The notes under the pieces were generated by a model that searched no databases, was not told the DNA's origin, and saw nothing but the letters and a program-made list of their open reading frames with translations. Below, one piece after another: positions 50,773 to 59,971 of a DNA stretch of 64,000 nucleotides. The DNA is taken from the IMG/VR virus record IMGVR_UViG_2660238032_000003; one strand, given 5' to 3'. The DNA comes from an uncultured virus (IMG/VR IMGVR_UViG_2660238032_000003) (taxonomy: Duplodnaviria; Heunggongvirae; Uroviricota; Caudoviricetes). Within the stretch, counting starts at the first letter, position 1; each line of letters starts with the position of its first letter. A program made the position numbers and the translations under genes.

Positions 50773-51504
50773 TTTATTTTCTTCATTCAATTTTTTTCTT
50801 TCTTCTATATTTGTAAATAGACTTTCAAATAAATACCCTAAAAAACCAATTATAGTAGCAGCTGTAGCTAATTTATTCATATCATTTAAAAATATAATTC
50901 CTGAGATTATTCCACTAAAAGCTATTATTAATCTTAACCATTGTCTTAATCCTTTTGGCCAATCAATTAACTTTTTTCTCTTGTTGCTTCTTTTATTCAT
51001 AGTATTTATTGATTTTTTATTATTAATCATCAAATCTTCTTTCATTAATTTGGCTAACATATTGCATTGTATAACATATTGATCTTTACTTTGTTGAAAT
51101 AATCTTTTTTTACTAAATGTAAATTGACTATACTTCGATAACATACTATATATGTTAAATATTTCATCAGTTGCATACAATCTAATTTTCACTGAAACAT
51201 TCATACTTTTTTGATTAATATTATCTAATTCATGTTGATATTTATCATGTGCAATATCATAATCCCAATCTGAATAATCACAATATTTTCTTATATTTAA
51301 AAGTACTTCTAACGCTTCTAAATATGTTTCTTCTTTGTTTTTCATAATCTTTTCTTGTTTTTCAAAGTTTTTTTCCATGTTGAATTTGTTTTTTTCTATT
51401 TTATTATTATATATGTTTTGAATAAATCCACCCAATGTACCAATTAATATACCTGATATTGTAAATATCCCAGTATATATTGCAATTTGTAATTTTGTAT
51501 CCAT
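50770..51504 (-). CDS. Membrane hypothetical protein (moron)
   Basis: One N-terminal TM and two C-terminal TMs; GGAGG RBS. Confidence 0.7.
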   Translation of the reverse strand: MDTKLQIAIYTGIFTISGILIGTLGGFIQNIYNNKIEKNKFNMEKNFEKQEKIMKNKEETYLEALEVLLNIRKYCDYSDWDYDIAHDKYQHELDNINQKSMNVSVKIRLYATDEIFNIYSMLSKYSQFTFSKKRLFQQSKDQYVIQCNMLAKLMKEDLMINNKKSINTMNKRSNKRKKLIDWPKGLRQWLRLIIAFSGIISGIIFLNDMNKLATAATIIGFLGYLFESLFTNIEERKKLNEENK

Positions 51505-51590
51505 CTAATTCCTCCTTCAGATGTAATATTACCAAATAGTACAATTTAAGACAATATAAGAACACCCATATTTCTACAGGTGTTCCAAAA

Positions 51591-52112
51591 TTATTTATAC
51601 ATCCACATAGAATCAGCAATATTTTCAACTAATTCTTCTCTGTGCCTATAACACGTAGGAATGCTTAAATTAAGTTGCATTGCTATATATGGAATGTTTC
51701 TATTATCTCCATAGAAATACTCTATAAATCTTTTATCCTCTTCTCTTAAGCTTTCTATATTAGTATCCATAATTCTTATAAAAGATTGCATTTCCATTAT
51801 CTTAGATTCTGTTTTAATCTTTTGCTTTATCTTCTCTACTTTTCTTTGTTCTAATTTAGTAACCTCATTTTCCATTTGTTTTTCCATATAGGAGCTTCCA
51901 CTAATACTAGCTTGTACTCTTTCTCCACATCCTGCTCCTGGTGGCATTGTATCTAAGCTTATATAATTATGAACATTTCTCATTTGATTATCTATAGCTT
52001 TAATTTGTTCCTCTAATGATTCAACTTTTCTATATTTTTTATTAATTTGTTTTTTATATCTATAGTAACGGTAAAGCTGTCCTTCTGTTTTTTGAAATAG
52101 TTCTTTTTCCAT
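51591..52112 (-). CDS. ArpU/RinA-like late transcriptional regulator
   Basis: TEGQLYRY N-terminus and C-terminal HTH IAMQLNLSIPTCYRHR; last gene of the early region. Confidence 0.8.
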   Translation of the reverse strand: MEKELFQKTEGQLYRYYRYKKQINKKYRKVESLEEQIKAIDNQMRNVHNYISLDTMPPGAGCGERVQASISGSSYMEKQMENEVTKLEQRKVEKIKQKIKTESKIMEMQSFIRIMDTNIESLREEDKRFIEYFYGDNRNIPYIAMQLNLSIPTCYRHREELVENIADSMWMYK

Positions 52113-52129
52113 AGGCTAGTCCTCCTTTT

Positions 52130-52771
52130 TTATACCACAATTTTAATCATTAATTTTTCTAATTCTTCTAATATAGGTTTTTCCTCAAGAGGTTCTCCAA
52201 AATCTATATAATATCCAAACTTAAAATCTTCTTTTAATGTCTCAAATAATGCTTTATCTGGATTCAATCTTATCTTCTTTAAAGTTTGTTTATTTGTATC
52301 TGTTAACATTATGTGAAATGGATTTTTATAATTATATGTTATATACAATAACCAATATAATTTTTGTAAATGAGCTAATTCTTTACCATTAAAATCTTTT
52401 TCTAATAATTTTATTCTACTTCTGCTTTCACCTATTATCACTTTCATAAACTCAATTCTAAGTTCTTTAAATAACTTATCTCTATTACTCCAAAGATATT
52501 TTCTTATTGTTTCTAATATAAGATTACAATCATCATCTGCTAATGGGGCATACATCATTTCAAACATTCTTAAGCTACCTTTTTTAACTTCTTTAAGCAT
52601 TAATCTTATATCTTTAATGTTTATATCATTTCCATATTCATCTTTAGTTTGAGTGCTCCTAAACTTTCCCCAAAACATTTCTTCTTTAGTAGGTAAAACA
52701 AATTCCAAGTAATCTTTATCACTTTCTTCTGTATCCATTCCCCAGAAATGACTTCCTAATAAATATTTCAT
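52130..52771 (-). CDS. DNA polymerase beta-superfamily nucleotidyltransferase
   Basis: GSHFWG...SDKDY (GS..DxD) motif. Confidence 0.7.
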   Translation of the reverse strand: MKYLLGSHFWGMDTEESDKDYLEFVLPTKEEMFWGKFRSTQTKDEYGNDINIKDIRLMLKEVKKGSLRMFEMMYAPLADDDCNLILETIRKYLWSNRDKLFKELRIEFMKVIIGESRSRIKLLEKDFNGKELAHLQKLYWLLYITYNYKNPFHIMLTDTNKQTLKKIRLNPDKALFETLKEDFKFGYYIDFGEPLEEKPILEELEKLMIKIVV

Positions 52772-53079
52772 TAATATCTCCCCTCACTAATATCATCTTT
52801 GGACTTATTCCATACCATTCTTGAGCTTACATAAACATTATCTATCATCTTAAGTATTTGTCCTACTCTATCTTTAAGTGGTGGATTCTTTGGTATTCCT
52901 TTACCTTCATTGCTTCTTACTTCATATAAAATGCTTGACCATCTATCATATACACCTAGTGCTTTTTTATGAAGATTATAGGCCCTTGCATATTCATTAT
53001 CTTTCAATGTATCCATTTCATTAATAAGATCTGTGAAAGAATTTAAATCTTCTGTTGTTATAAAAGGACTATTTAACAT
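52771..53079 (-). CDS. Hypothetical protein
   Basis: 102 aa, GGAGG RBS, coupled to the nucleotidyltransferase. Confidence 0.65.
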   Translation of the reverse strand: MLNSPFITTEDLNSFTDLINEMDTLKDNEYARAYNLHKKALGVYDRWSSILYEVRSNEGKGIPKNPPLKDRVGQILKMIDNVYVSSRMVWNKSKDDISEGRY

Positions 53080-53153
53080 CTTATCCTCCTTTTTGAATTA
53101 CTAAGGCATGTATACTTGCAATAGAGCTTGTACCTTGCCTTGTAATTCTGTTT

Positions 53154-53654
53154 TTATTTGCAAGTTTTAATCTTGTGTATCTTTAAAAAGCTTTTTAACT
53201 CATATCTATATCTAACCTTTTTCTTATTTCCTATAATTTCAATTCCATTTGCTTTACACCATCCTAAAGGTATTGACCTTCTATCAGCAGTATCTATATA
53301 TAACTTTAATTCTTTAGCTTTTATTGCATATGTTTTTTCATAATCTCTAAAGTTAAATATAAAATATGCTTTAATCTTTGGATGCTGGATATTGGACATT
53401 TCTTCTATTTGGTTACTTCTAATACAGTTGAAAGGAATGCTAGCACCTGCATGAGATTTGAGTTCCAATAATACTAAATAATCATTAGTCATTACCTGGA
53501 AGTCACATATATTATGAGCTTGAAATCTTACATTCTCATTTTTAGTTCCGCCAAAATTTGCTGTACCATCTTTAAATCTATATATCCAACAATCTTCAGG
53601 AACTGACTTTTTAAAATCTTCTTCAAATAGCTTTCCCGGATTCTTCTTTACCAT
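53154..53654 (-). CDS. RecU-like Holliday junction resolvase
   Basis: GKLFEEDF, CDF, LELKS, FNCIRSNQ. Confidence 0.8.
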   Translation of the reverse strand: MVKKNPGKLFEEDFKKSVPEDCWIYRFKDGTANFGGTKNENVRFQAHNICDFQVMTNDYLVLLELKSHAGASIPFNCIRSNQIEEMSNIQHPKIKAYFIFNFRDYEKTYAIKAKELKLYIDTADRRSIPLGWCKANGIEIIGNKKKVRYRYELKSFLKIHKIKTCK

Positions 53655-53797
53655 TTGTACCCGCCTTTCTTTACACTCCATCTACGTTTTTTCTTTTCAG
53701 TCTGATATTTTTGATAAGCAAGAAATTCATTTTCTTTACGCTCTCTTCTTTTAGCAATATCTCTTACTGTTTTAGCAGCTAGTTCTTTTGCAGTCAT
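53648..53797 (-). CDS. 49-aa basic hypothetical protein (not in ORF track)
   Basis: AGGAG RBS; MTAKELAAKTVRDIAKRR...GGYKW; overlaps the RecU start. Confidence 0.55.
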   Translation of the reverse strand: MTAKELAAKTVRDIAKRRERKENEFLAYQKYQTEKKKRRWSVKKGGYKW

Positions 53798-53808
53798 AAT
53801 ATCAACTC

Positions 53809-54573
53809 CTACATAGCTATTTGATTATTTACTAATGTTATTTCATCTTTAAGAACAAATGGTACTTCATATTTATCTACTATTTCCTTGGCTATCTCTA
53901 ATTGACTCCTTTTTATTGCTTTATAGCTATTAACCTCAAACTGTCTTTTTATTTCTCTTTGTATATCTCCAAATACTCTAGCTCTTAATGATTTATCATA
54001 ATAAGCTTTTCTGTTATATCCTCCTAAACATTTAACTGCCTTCTTTTTGACTGCTTTTTGAAGTTCTTCGCAGTCTATATTGAATAATGGCATATTGTCT
54101 TTTAGATCCTTTACTTCATTTTCTAGCTTTTGTTGCTTTCCATCTATCATAAAGATAGCTTGAAGTTCTTTAGACATTTTAGGAATTTCTGATCTCATGT
54201 TGAAATATCCATCAACTAATTTTTCATATTGCTCCCATGCAAGATCATCTTCTAGTATTTTTAAAAGTTTTGAATATCCTCTTTCTGATAATAGATAAAT
54301 ATTATTTGCATTCCCGTATTGAGCATTAGTTAATCCCATTTCTAAAACAAGTCTTTTTGAAAGACCTGTTTTTAAATCTATAATATCCACATTGTCTTTA
54401 AATCTTTTTCTATTATTATTTATTAATTCATTTACCTTTTTAACTTCTCTCCTGTGTATTTCAGCAATTTCTTTAGCTAACATTGCTTTTTTACTTTCTC
54501 CAAATCCACCTTCAATATCATGAAAAGTCATTCCCTCAACAGTTATTAATCCTTTTATCATTAAATTATTCAT
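53809..54573 (-). CDS. ORF6N/ORF6C antirepressor-like protein
   Basis: IEGGFG, NNRKRF, YLLSERGYSKL, F.V.SYKAIKR. Confidence 0.85.
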   Translation of the reverse strand: MNNLMIKGLITVEGMTFHDIEGGFGESKKAMLAKEIAEIHRREVKKVNELINNNRKRFKDNVDIIDLKTGLSKRLVLEMGLTNAQYGNANNIYLLSERGYSKLLKILEDDLAWEQYEKLVDGYFNMRSEIPKMSKELQAIFMIDGKQQKLENEVKDLKDNMPLFNIDCEELQKAVKKKAVKCLGGYNRKAYYDKSLRARVFGDIQREIKRQFEVNSYKAIKRSQLEIAKEIVDKYEVPFVLKDEITLVNNQIAM

Positions 54574-54661
54574 TTTTAATCCTCCTTAAATTATCACTTG
54601 ATTATCATATGAGAATATAAAGCTAGTATCGTAACATTTTTATACTCTCACATTTAGTTTT

Positions 54662-55693
54662 TTACTTTTCTATATAGCTCATAACATTTTTAATTATCAT
54701 GTTCACACTTCCATCACCGTTAGGAACTATATCGAATTTATCCTGGTCATTATAGGCTACGTTTGATATATATAAATCTATTTCTCTGTCTATATTAAGT
54801 CTTACTTTTTTAACTTTCTTCTCAACATAAGTCTTGTCTACTCCAAATTCTTCTTCACAACTTCCAGCCATATACACTTTAAAATTGTCTGCTGCTCCTG
54901 GTTCTTTTAATACTTCTTTTGCAACTTCTTCTATATTTATAATGTCCTCTTCTATAACTTTATTTTTAAAAGAATCTCTTATTTTTTGTTGATCCTCTGC
55001 ACTTTGCACATTTTTTCTTATCCAAGTCTCAGAATTATTTATAAAACTTTTTGTATTATCTCTCTCATTAGTGATAAGTGTTGAGTATAAATAATCTGCT
55101 ACGAAATAATTAATTCTTAATTCTGCATCTTCCTTAGTTCTCTTCTTCTTATCTAAGACATAAAGATTAAACAGATTATCTTCTCGATATGGTTTTATAA
55201 AAGCAGCCTTTTCTATTTTTTGACTACTCCCTGGTAGGCCTGCAATCTGTGGTACTATTCCTACCCCTATTTTTTCATCTATAAATTGAATTTCATGAGT
55301 AAAGTTCTTTACATAATCCAATTTTAGTATTCCAATCATTGGTCCTTGATCTGTAGTTAAAGAGACTATAATCAAATCACATGAATCTATGCTTTCATCC
55401 ATTTGCATGATTGCAAACATTTGCTTTGCTAAGCTTTTAGATAATCCTATAAAATCATCATCAATTCCATTTAAATAATCCTTAACTGTTTCTTTAACTA
55501 AACTAGTGCCTTGTTTGAATTTAGCATATTTTAACTCATCATCTTTTAAGCACTTTTCTATATGCTTATATAAGAACTTGTACACTTCCTCAGTTAATTC
55601 TAAAGTAAATTCATTTAAAACTGGTTCTGCTGCATTTCTATCCAAAACATGAATTACAGCTTGATTTATATTAATGTCATTTATATATTCCAT
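54662..55693 (-). CDS. YejK/NdpA-family nucleoid-associated protein
   Basis: AVIHVLD, ILKLDY, QKIEKAAFI. Confidence 0.75.
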   Translation of the reverse strand: MEYINDININQAVIHVLDRNAAEPVLNEFTLELTEEVYKFLYKHIEKCLKDDELKYAKFKQGTSLVKETVKDYLNGIDDDFIGLSKSLAKQMFAIMQMDESIDSCDLIIVSLTTDQGPMIGILKLDYVKNFTHEIQFIDEKIGVGIVPQIAGLPGSSQKIEKAAFIKPYREDNLFNLYVLDKKKRTKEDAELRINYFVADYLYSTLITNERDNTKSFINNSETWIRKNVQSAEDQQKIRDSFKNKVIEEDIINIEEVAKEVLKEPGAADNFKVYMAGSCEEEFGVDKTYVEKKVKKVRLNIDREIDLYISNVAYNDQDKFDIVPNGDGSVNMIIKNVMSYIEK

Positions 55694-55712
55694 TGTTTTT
55701 CCTCCTAAATCA

Positions 55713-56720
55713 TTAAACTACTAATCTTCTATATTCATTTTTCAAATTTTCTTGTGAAAGTTGTGCATAAATCTGAGTTGTAGTTGGAGTAGTATGTCCT
55801 AATATACCTTGTACTCCTTCAATCCTCATTCCACTATTTAATAATCTAGTCGCCTGAGTCCTTCTAAACTTATGCGCATGAACCCTTTCTGTTACATTCG
55901 TCCTATTCTTTATCTTTTTAATAATTAACTGTAGAGCTCTAGTTCCTATTACTTGATATGGTGCTTTTTGTGATATAAACAAATAGTCTGATTCTCCTTT
56001 TCTTGTATTTATATACTGTTCAATATGCAATTTAGCTTTAGTTGAAAAATAAACTATTCTTTCTTTACTTCCTTTTCCTGTTACTTTTATGCTCTGCTCG
56101 GACCAGTTTATATCCTCTAACTTAATGTTATCTATTTCTGATATTCTACAAGCTGTACTATCTAATAATTCAAACAATGCTTTTTCTCGTTCTGTTTTGC
56201 ATCCTTCTCTTAATTTTTCAAGATTCTCTGCTTTGTAAGGTTGTTGAATTATTCTTGGCACCTTTGTTTGTTTTAACTTATAAGCTGGATTGTTAAAAAT
56301 ATATTCCTCTGATTGCAACCATCCGAAAAAGTTCTTTAAATAAGTGATATATCCATTAACAGTACTTGCTTTCTTGCCTTTACCCAATAGAGCTAAGAAC
56401 ATTCTTAAATCCATTGTGTTTATAGTAGAACATGGTTTAGTAAAATACTGATCTAACTTATTAAGAAACAGTCTGTAATTATATAATGTCTTATTGCTTA
56501 AACCTTCTAATTTCTTACAAGCAAGATATAGCTGAGCCTTTTCTTCTATATCGCTGCAAACTAAATCTGTACACTTACTTTGTACTTCGTAGTTATACAA
56601 AGTCTCATCTATAGTTCTCTTAACTTCTAGTTGCATATCTAATTTCTGTTCTAAAAAAGGTAATAACAATGTTAATTTTCCCACTAATTTAATGCTTACT
56701 TCTTCGTTTAGGTTGCTCAT
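55713..56720 (-). CDS. XerC/D-like tyrosine recombinase of the early region
   Basis: CRISE, GKGSKER, HKFRRT, ILGH, TTQIY. Confidence 0.92.
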   Translation of the reverse strand: MSNLNEEVSIKLVGKLTLLLPFLEQKLDMQLEVKRTIDETLYNYEVQSKCTDLVCSDIEEKAQLYLACKKLEGLSNKTLYNYRLFLNKLDQYFTKPCSTINTMDLRMFLALLGKGKKASTVNGYITYLKNFFGWLQSEEYIFNNPAYKLKQTKVPRIIQQPYKAENLEKLREGCKTEREKALFELLDSTACRISEIDNIKLEDINWSEQSIKVTGKGSKERIVYFSTKAKLHIEQYINTRKGESDYLFISQKAPYQVIGTRALQLIIKKIKNRTNVTERVHAHKFRRTQATRLLNSGMRIEGVQGILGHTTPTTTQIYAQLSQENLKNEYRRLVV

Positions 56721-56820
56721 TATTTATTCCTCCCCTTGTGAAATTGATTATTTATTGAGAATAGATACTCAAGACAATAGTGTAGTAAGCATCTACTCCC
56801 TATTCATTTGCTATATTACT

Positions 56821-57126
56821 TTATTCATATTTTTCTTCTGAAATTTCCGCTGCCATAAATTTATCAATATCAAAATATCTTCCTGTTGTAATAAATGGTG
56901 GTTTAATTCCTATATAATTAAATCTTCTAAATTCACATAAGCTAATAATGTCATCAATAATATATATACTTGACTTATTTTCTTTAAGATACTTGCTAAA
57001 ATCATCATAATTAACTAAAATATAATCTTTGTTATATTCATTTTTATTATTAACTTTAGACATGATTACAACATATTCATTGCTATCAAAGTCTACCTTT
57101 ACTACTTTTCCAATAAAATCAACCAT
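56821..57126 (-). CDS. Hypothetical protein
   Basis: AGGAGAGG RBS; 101 aa. Confidence 0.6.
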   Translation of the reverse strand: MVDFIGKVVKVDFDSNEYVVIMSKVNNKNEYNKDYILVNYDDFSKYLKENKSSIYIIDDIISLCEFRRFNYIGIKPPFITTGRYFDIDKFMAAEISEEKYE

Positions 57127-57167
57127 TTCTACCTCTCCTTTTCTACATCCTGTATTAGTATTGTGAA

Positions 57168-57332
57168 TTACTTTTCATACCAATCACAATTTTCCATAAT
57201 CTTTTCTAGTTCTAATCTTGGCTTATCTATATCTAACATTTGACATACTGATTCACAAATACTTGTCAAATCACATTCTAAACAACACTTTCCTGCTCCT
57301 GGACATTCACATTCAAAATTACATTTACTCAT
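57168..57332 (-). CDS. 54-aa Cys-rich protein (not in ORF track)
   Basis: MSKCNFECECPGAGKCCLECDLTSICESVC...NCDWYEK. Confidence 0.55.
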   Translation of the reverse strand: MSKCNFECECPGAGKCCLECDLTSICESVCQMLDIDKPRLELEKIMENCDWYEK

Positions 57333-57369
57333 TTATAGCACCCTTTCATATTTTAGTATTGTGAAGTTT

Positions 57370-58191
57370 CTACAATGCACATTCACAAGGTAGAAAACTC
57401 ATTTGACCATCTATTTCTGGTAATGATTTATTTACCATTGACCAAAATCTTTGACTTCCTATTTTTTCTGTTGGAACTATACCTTTACACCTCATAGATG
57501 CAAATTTAGGTTCTAACTCTTCTAAAAATAAATCTTTTAAAATACTGTAACCAATAGCCTTTTCGGTTTCTTTGGCTTCTTCCCACAACTTAGGATATAA
57601 ACAATAAGTTAAATACCATTGTTGCTTACCTGCCTTTAAGCAGCCTTTACAATTAGCATGTCTAAATAGTTCATATACATTAGGTCTTTTAATTCCTAAT
57701 TCCTCTGTAGATTGTATTGTTCTATTCCAAAAAGCCAATGGAAAATCTGTTTTATATCCTTGGTTTATCATAACTCCAATTCTTCTTTGGATTCTGTTAG
57801 TTTCTTTCTTATCAAATCCATATATTAAAGTTATATCTTCTCTTACTTCTCCTGGAGCTACTGGGTAATTATCTTTTAACCACTTATGAAATGGCTTAGT
57901 TTTTAAGTTATAAGTACAAAGTACTGGACCATTACCAAACTTAAATCCTCCAAGCTCTTTACATACCCTTAATGGTGTTTTATTTTCCCAACCTTCCATA
58001 TTTGCATAAGTTATATCTATTCCTAAATATTTTGCAACTTCATTTTTAAATCTTTTTATGTCATTGTCCTCTACTTCCTCACTAATATTGTGATTAAGTA
58101 GTATTACATTTTCTTTGCCAACTTTTCTAACACATTCTATAGCACATAAGGCTGAAGAATGTCCTCCTGAAAAACATACAATATATTTCAT
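57370..58191 (-). CDS. PAPS-reductase-family / PP-loop protein with Fe-S-type cysteines
   Basis: CFSGGHSS PP-loop, LCTYNLK, HANCKGCLKAG, C-terminal PCEC. Confidence 0.75.
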   Translation of the reverse strand: MKYIVCFSGGHSSALCAIECVRKVGKENVILLNHNISEEVEDNDIKRFKNEVAKYLGIDITYANMEGWENKTPLRVCKELGGFKFGNGPVLCTYNLKTKPFHKWLKDNYPVAPGEVREDITLIYGFDKKETNRIQRRIGVMINQGYKTDFPLAFWNRTIQSTEELGIKRPNVYELFRHANCKGCLKAGKQQWYLTYCLYPKLWEEAKETEKAIGYSILKDLFLEELEPKFASMRCKGIVPTEKIGSQRFWSMVNKSLPEIDGQMSFLPCECAL

Positions 58192-58348
58192 AACTACCAC
58201 TAACATAGTTAATTCCTTGCTAGTGGAAGCAATTTAGCACTCCTTGGGGAGCATCCGTATTACTTTACATATAAACGTCAATAAACACTTATTATATAAC
58301 CTGGTCTACCAGGATTTAGTTATGTTTTACTCCTTTCTTATTAAGCAT
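58192..58348 (-). ncRNA. Structured leader with a 10-codon uORF upstream of the PAPS-reductase-like gene
   Basis: Hairpins CCUGG-UAGA-CCAGG, GCUCC-CCAA-GGAGU and UUGCU/AGCAA, enclosed by AACAUA/UAUGUU. Confidence 0.45.
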
Positions 58349-58390
58349 ATTTTTACCTCACTTTTATTCTGACTTTCTACATATTGTGAA

Positions 58391-58579
58391 TTAAAAATTA
58401 TTTAATTCTTCTAACTTTATTCTACTGAACATTTCAGTTTCCACATCTTGTATTACGAATTGTTTTTCTTTTAAATCAAAGCCTATCTTTATATTGCAAG
58501 TTCCCATTGTTGCTTTTAATGCATTTAGAAAAAAGTTTATGCGTTCTTTAGCTTCTAATTGATCATTATTTTTACTCAT
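58391..58579 (-). CDS. Hypothetical protein
   Basis: 62 aa, coupled to the upstream ORF. Confidence 0.55.
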   Translation of the reverse strand: MSKNNDQLEAKERINFFLNALKATMGTCNIKIGFDLKEKQFVIQDVETEMFSRIKLEELNNF

Positions 58580-58799
58580 TGCCTTCTCCCCCTAGATCTA
58601 TATTTATACGTTCCGAATCTTCAGCATATATTTGTTCTACTTCTCTTTCTCCATATAAATCCCACATGCTTTCATCTTGTCCTAAATACTCATTATCTTC
58701 TGAATAATCTTCTTGTACAAAAGTTCTAGTGTCCAAAAAATCTAAGTTTATATCAACCATTTGTGAACTCAAAACACATCTTAAGTCTTTTAACTTCAA
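58572..58799 (-). CDS. Hypothetical protein
   Basis: 75-aa acidic ORF with a TTG start. Confidence 0.55.
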   Translation of the reverse strand: MKLKDLRCVLSSQMVDINLDFLDTRTFVQEDYSEDNEYLGQDESMWDLYGEREVEQIYAEDSERINIDLGGEGNE

Positions 58800-58820
58800 C
58801 TTCTTTCATCCTTCCTGACT

Positions 58821-59273
58821 TTATATTTCTCCTGTTAATTTAACTCCAGCCATTTCTCCATTATCAGCTTCAAAACAAAGCATAATCCCATTACTCAAAT
58901 GTTTTCCTGTTATAGTTAAACCATTTTCTAAGGCTTGGTTTATTAATTCATTTAATTTAACTTTATAATAAACTGGATCATCTTTTCTTAATCCCATATT
59001 CTTCATCCTTTCCTTAACCAAATCTATATTGAAATTTTCTTCTATAGATAAAATCATATAGCCTTCTTCTAAACCATATTGACCACCTTGTAAAATATAA
59101 GTTATTCTTACTGGTAAGCTATTTCCTGTATATATTTGACCATCAAATTCATTTAATATTATAAAATCTCCTACTTTATAATCTCTATCATTCTTCCTTA
59201 TTTCAAATTTCTTTTTCCCTTCTACTACAGCTTTAAAATATTGTGGTAGAATTTTTAAATAATGAATGTCCAT
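58821..59273 (-). CDS. ASCH/DUF3850-domain protein
   Basis: HYLKILPQYF.AV..GKKKFEIRKNDRDYKVGD. Confidence 0.88.
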   Translation of the reverse strand: MDIHYLKILPQYFKAVVEGKKKFEIRKNDRDYKVGDFIILNEFDGQIYTGNSLPVRITYILQGGQYGLEEGYMILSIEENFNIDLVKERMKNMGLRKDDPVYYKVKLNELINQALENGLTITGKHLSNGIMLCFEADNGEMAGVKLTGEI

Positions 59274-59304
59274 AAGATACTCCTTTAAAATTCACATTAT
59301 CTGA

Positions 59305-59601
59305 CTACTTATAGTCCCATATAGATTCTCCATACTTTTTTCTAATAAAATTACAAGGCACAAAATCATTGTTTTCAAAATCACTCCCATATGCTATTAC
59401 ACATTGGTTACAATTAATCTGTGCGTCACAAGCTTCAATGGAATCTGTTAAATCTTCTTCTTTTACAATCTCTATTGCTTTATTCCAACAATCAATATGA
59501 GCTGTAGTAAACTTTTCTCTAAGTCTACCGCAATGAGCATCTAATGGATGCAACTTTTTATGGCATAAATCACATTCCATATATTCAACTTTATGAATCA
59601 T
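59305..59601 (-). CDS. Cys-rich hypothetical protein
   Basis: CDLC, HIDC and CNQC motifs; AAAGGA RBS before MIHKV. Confidence 0.6.
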   Translation of the reverse strand: MIHKVEYMECDLCHKKLHPLDAHCGRLREKFTTAHIDCWNKAIEIVKEEDLTDSIEACDAQINCNQCVIAYGSDFENNDFVPCNFIRKKYGESIWDYK

Positions 59602-59630
59602 ATTTTTTCGTCCTTTCTGACTATTGTGTA

Positions 59631-59945
59631 CTATATTGCTACCATACAAATTCCTTTATAACTATTTTGAAAGTGCCTAAATGAAAAGGAAAAATCAATG
59701 TTTTTGTATTCTTCTTTCAATTCTCTTAGTACAATTTCAGATATTTCATTTTCAAAGCCATATGTTACATTTCCATAAAAATCAACTGTAGTTGTTGTTT
59801 TTCCTTTTTCGATATTATCTTCAAATCTTTTAATACAAAGTTTTTTAAAATTATTAACTTCTTTTCGTATTGTTTTATTTCTTATTCTTTCAGCCTTCTC
59901 TTTATAAGAAAAATCACTTTTAGATTTCAAAAAACCAAATAACAT
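59631..59945 (-). CDS. Hypothetical protein
   Basis: AAGGAG RBS; 104 aa. Confidence 0.6.
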   Translation of the reverse strand: MLFGFLKSKSDFSYKEKAERIRNKTIRKEVNNFKKLCIKRFEDNIEKGKTTTTVDFYGNVTYGFENEISEIVLRELKEEYKNIDFSFSFRHFQNSYKGICMVAI

Positions 59946-59971
59946 TTATTTTCTCCTTTTTCTGACTTATA

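Noticed and set aside
69..53343. Many plus-strand ORFs in the track (e.g. 69-278, 2292-2657, 8238-8483, 24054-24524, 35550-36098, 42671-42868)
   Set aside because: They are antisense shadows of well-supported minus-strand genes, with no RBS or recognisable motifs.
55713..56720. Tyrosine recombinase as the prophage integrase
   Set aside because: It sits mid-early-operon, about 48 kb from the visible att end. The true integrase is expected at the other end, outside the window.
58192..58348. T4 gene 60-style translational bypass from the uORF into the PAPS-reductase-like gene
   Set aside because: The matching AAC landing codon near 58208 is out of frame with the downstream gene.
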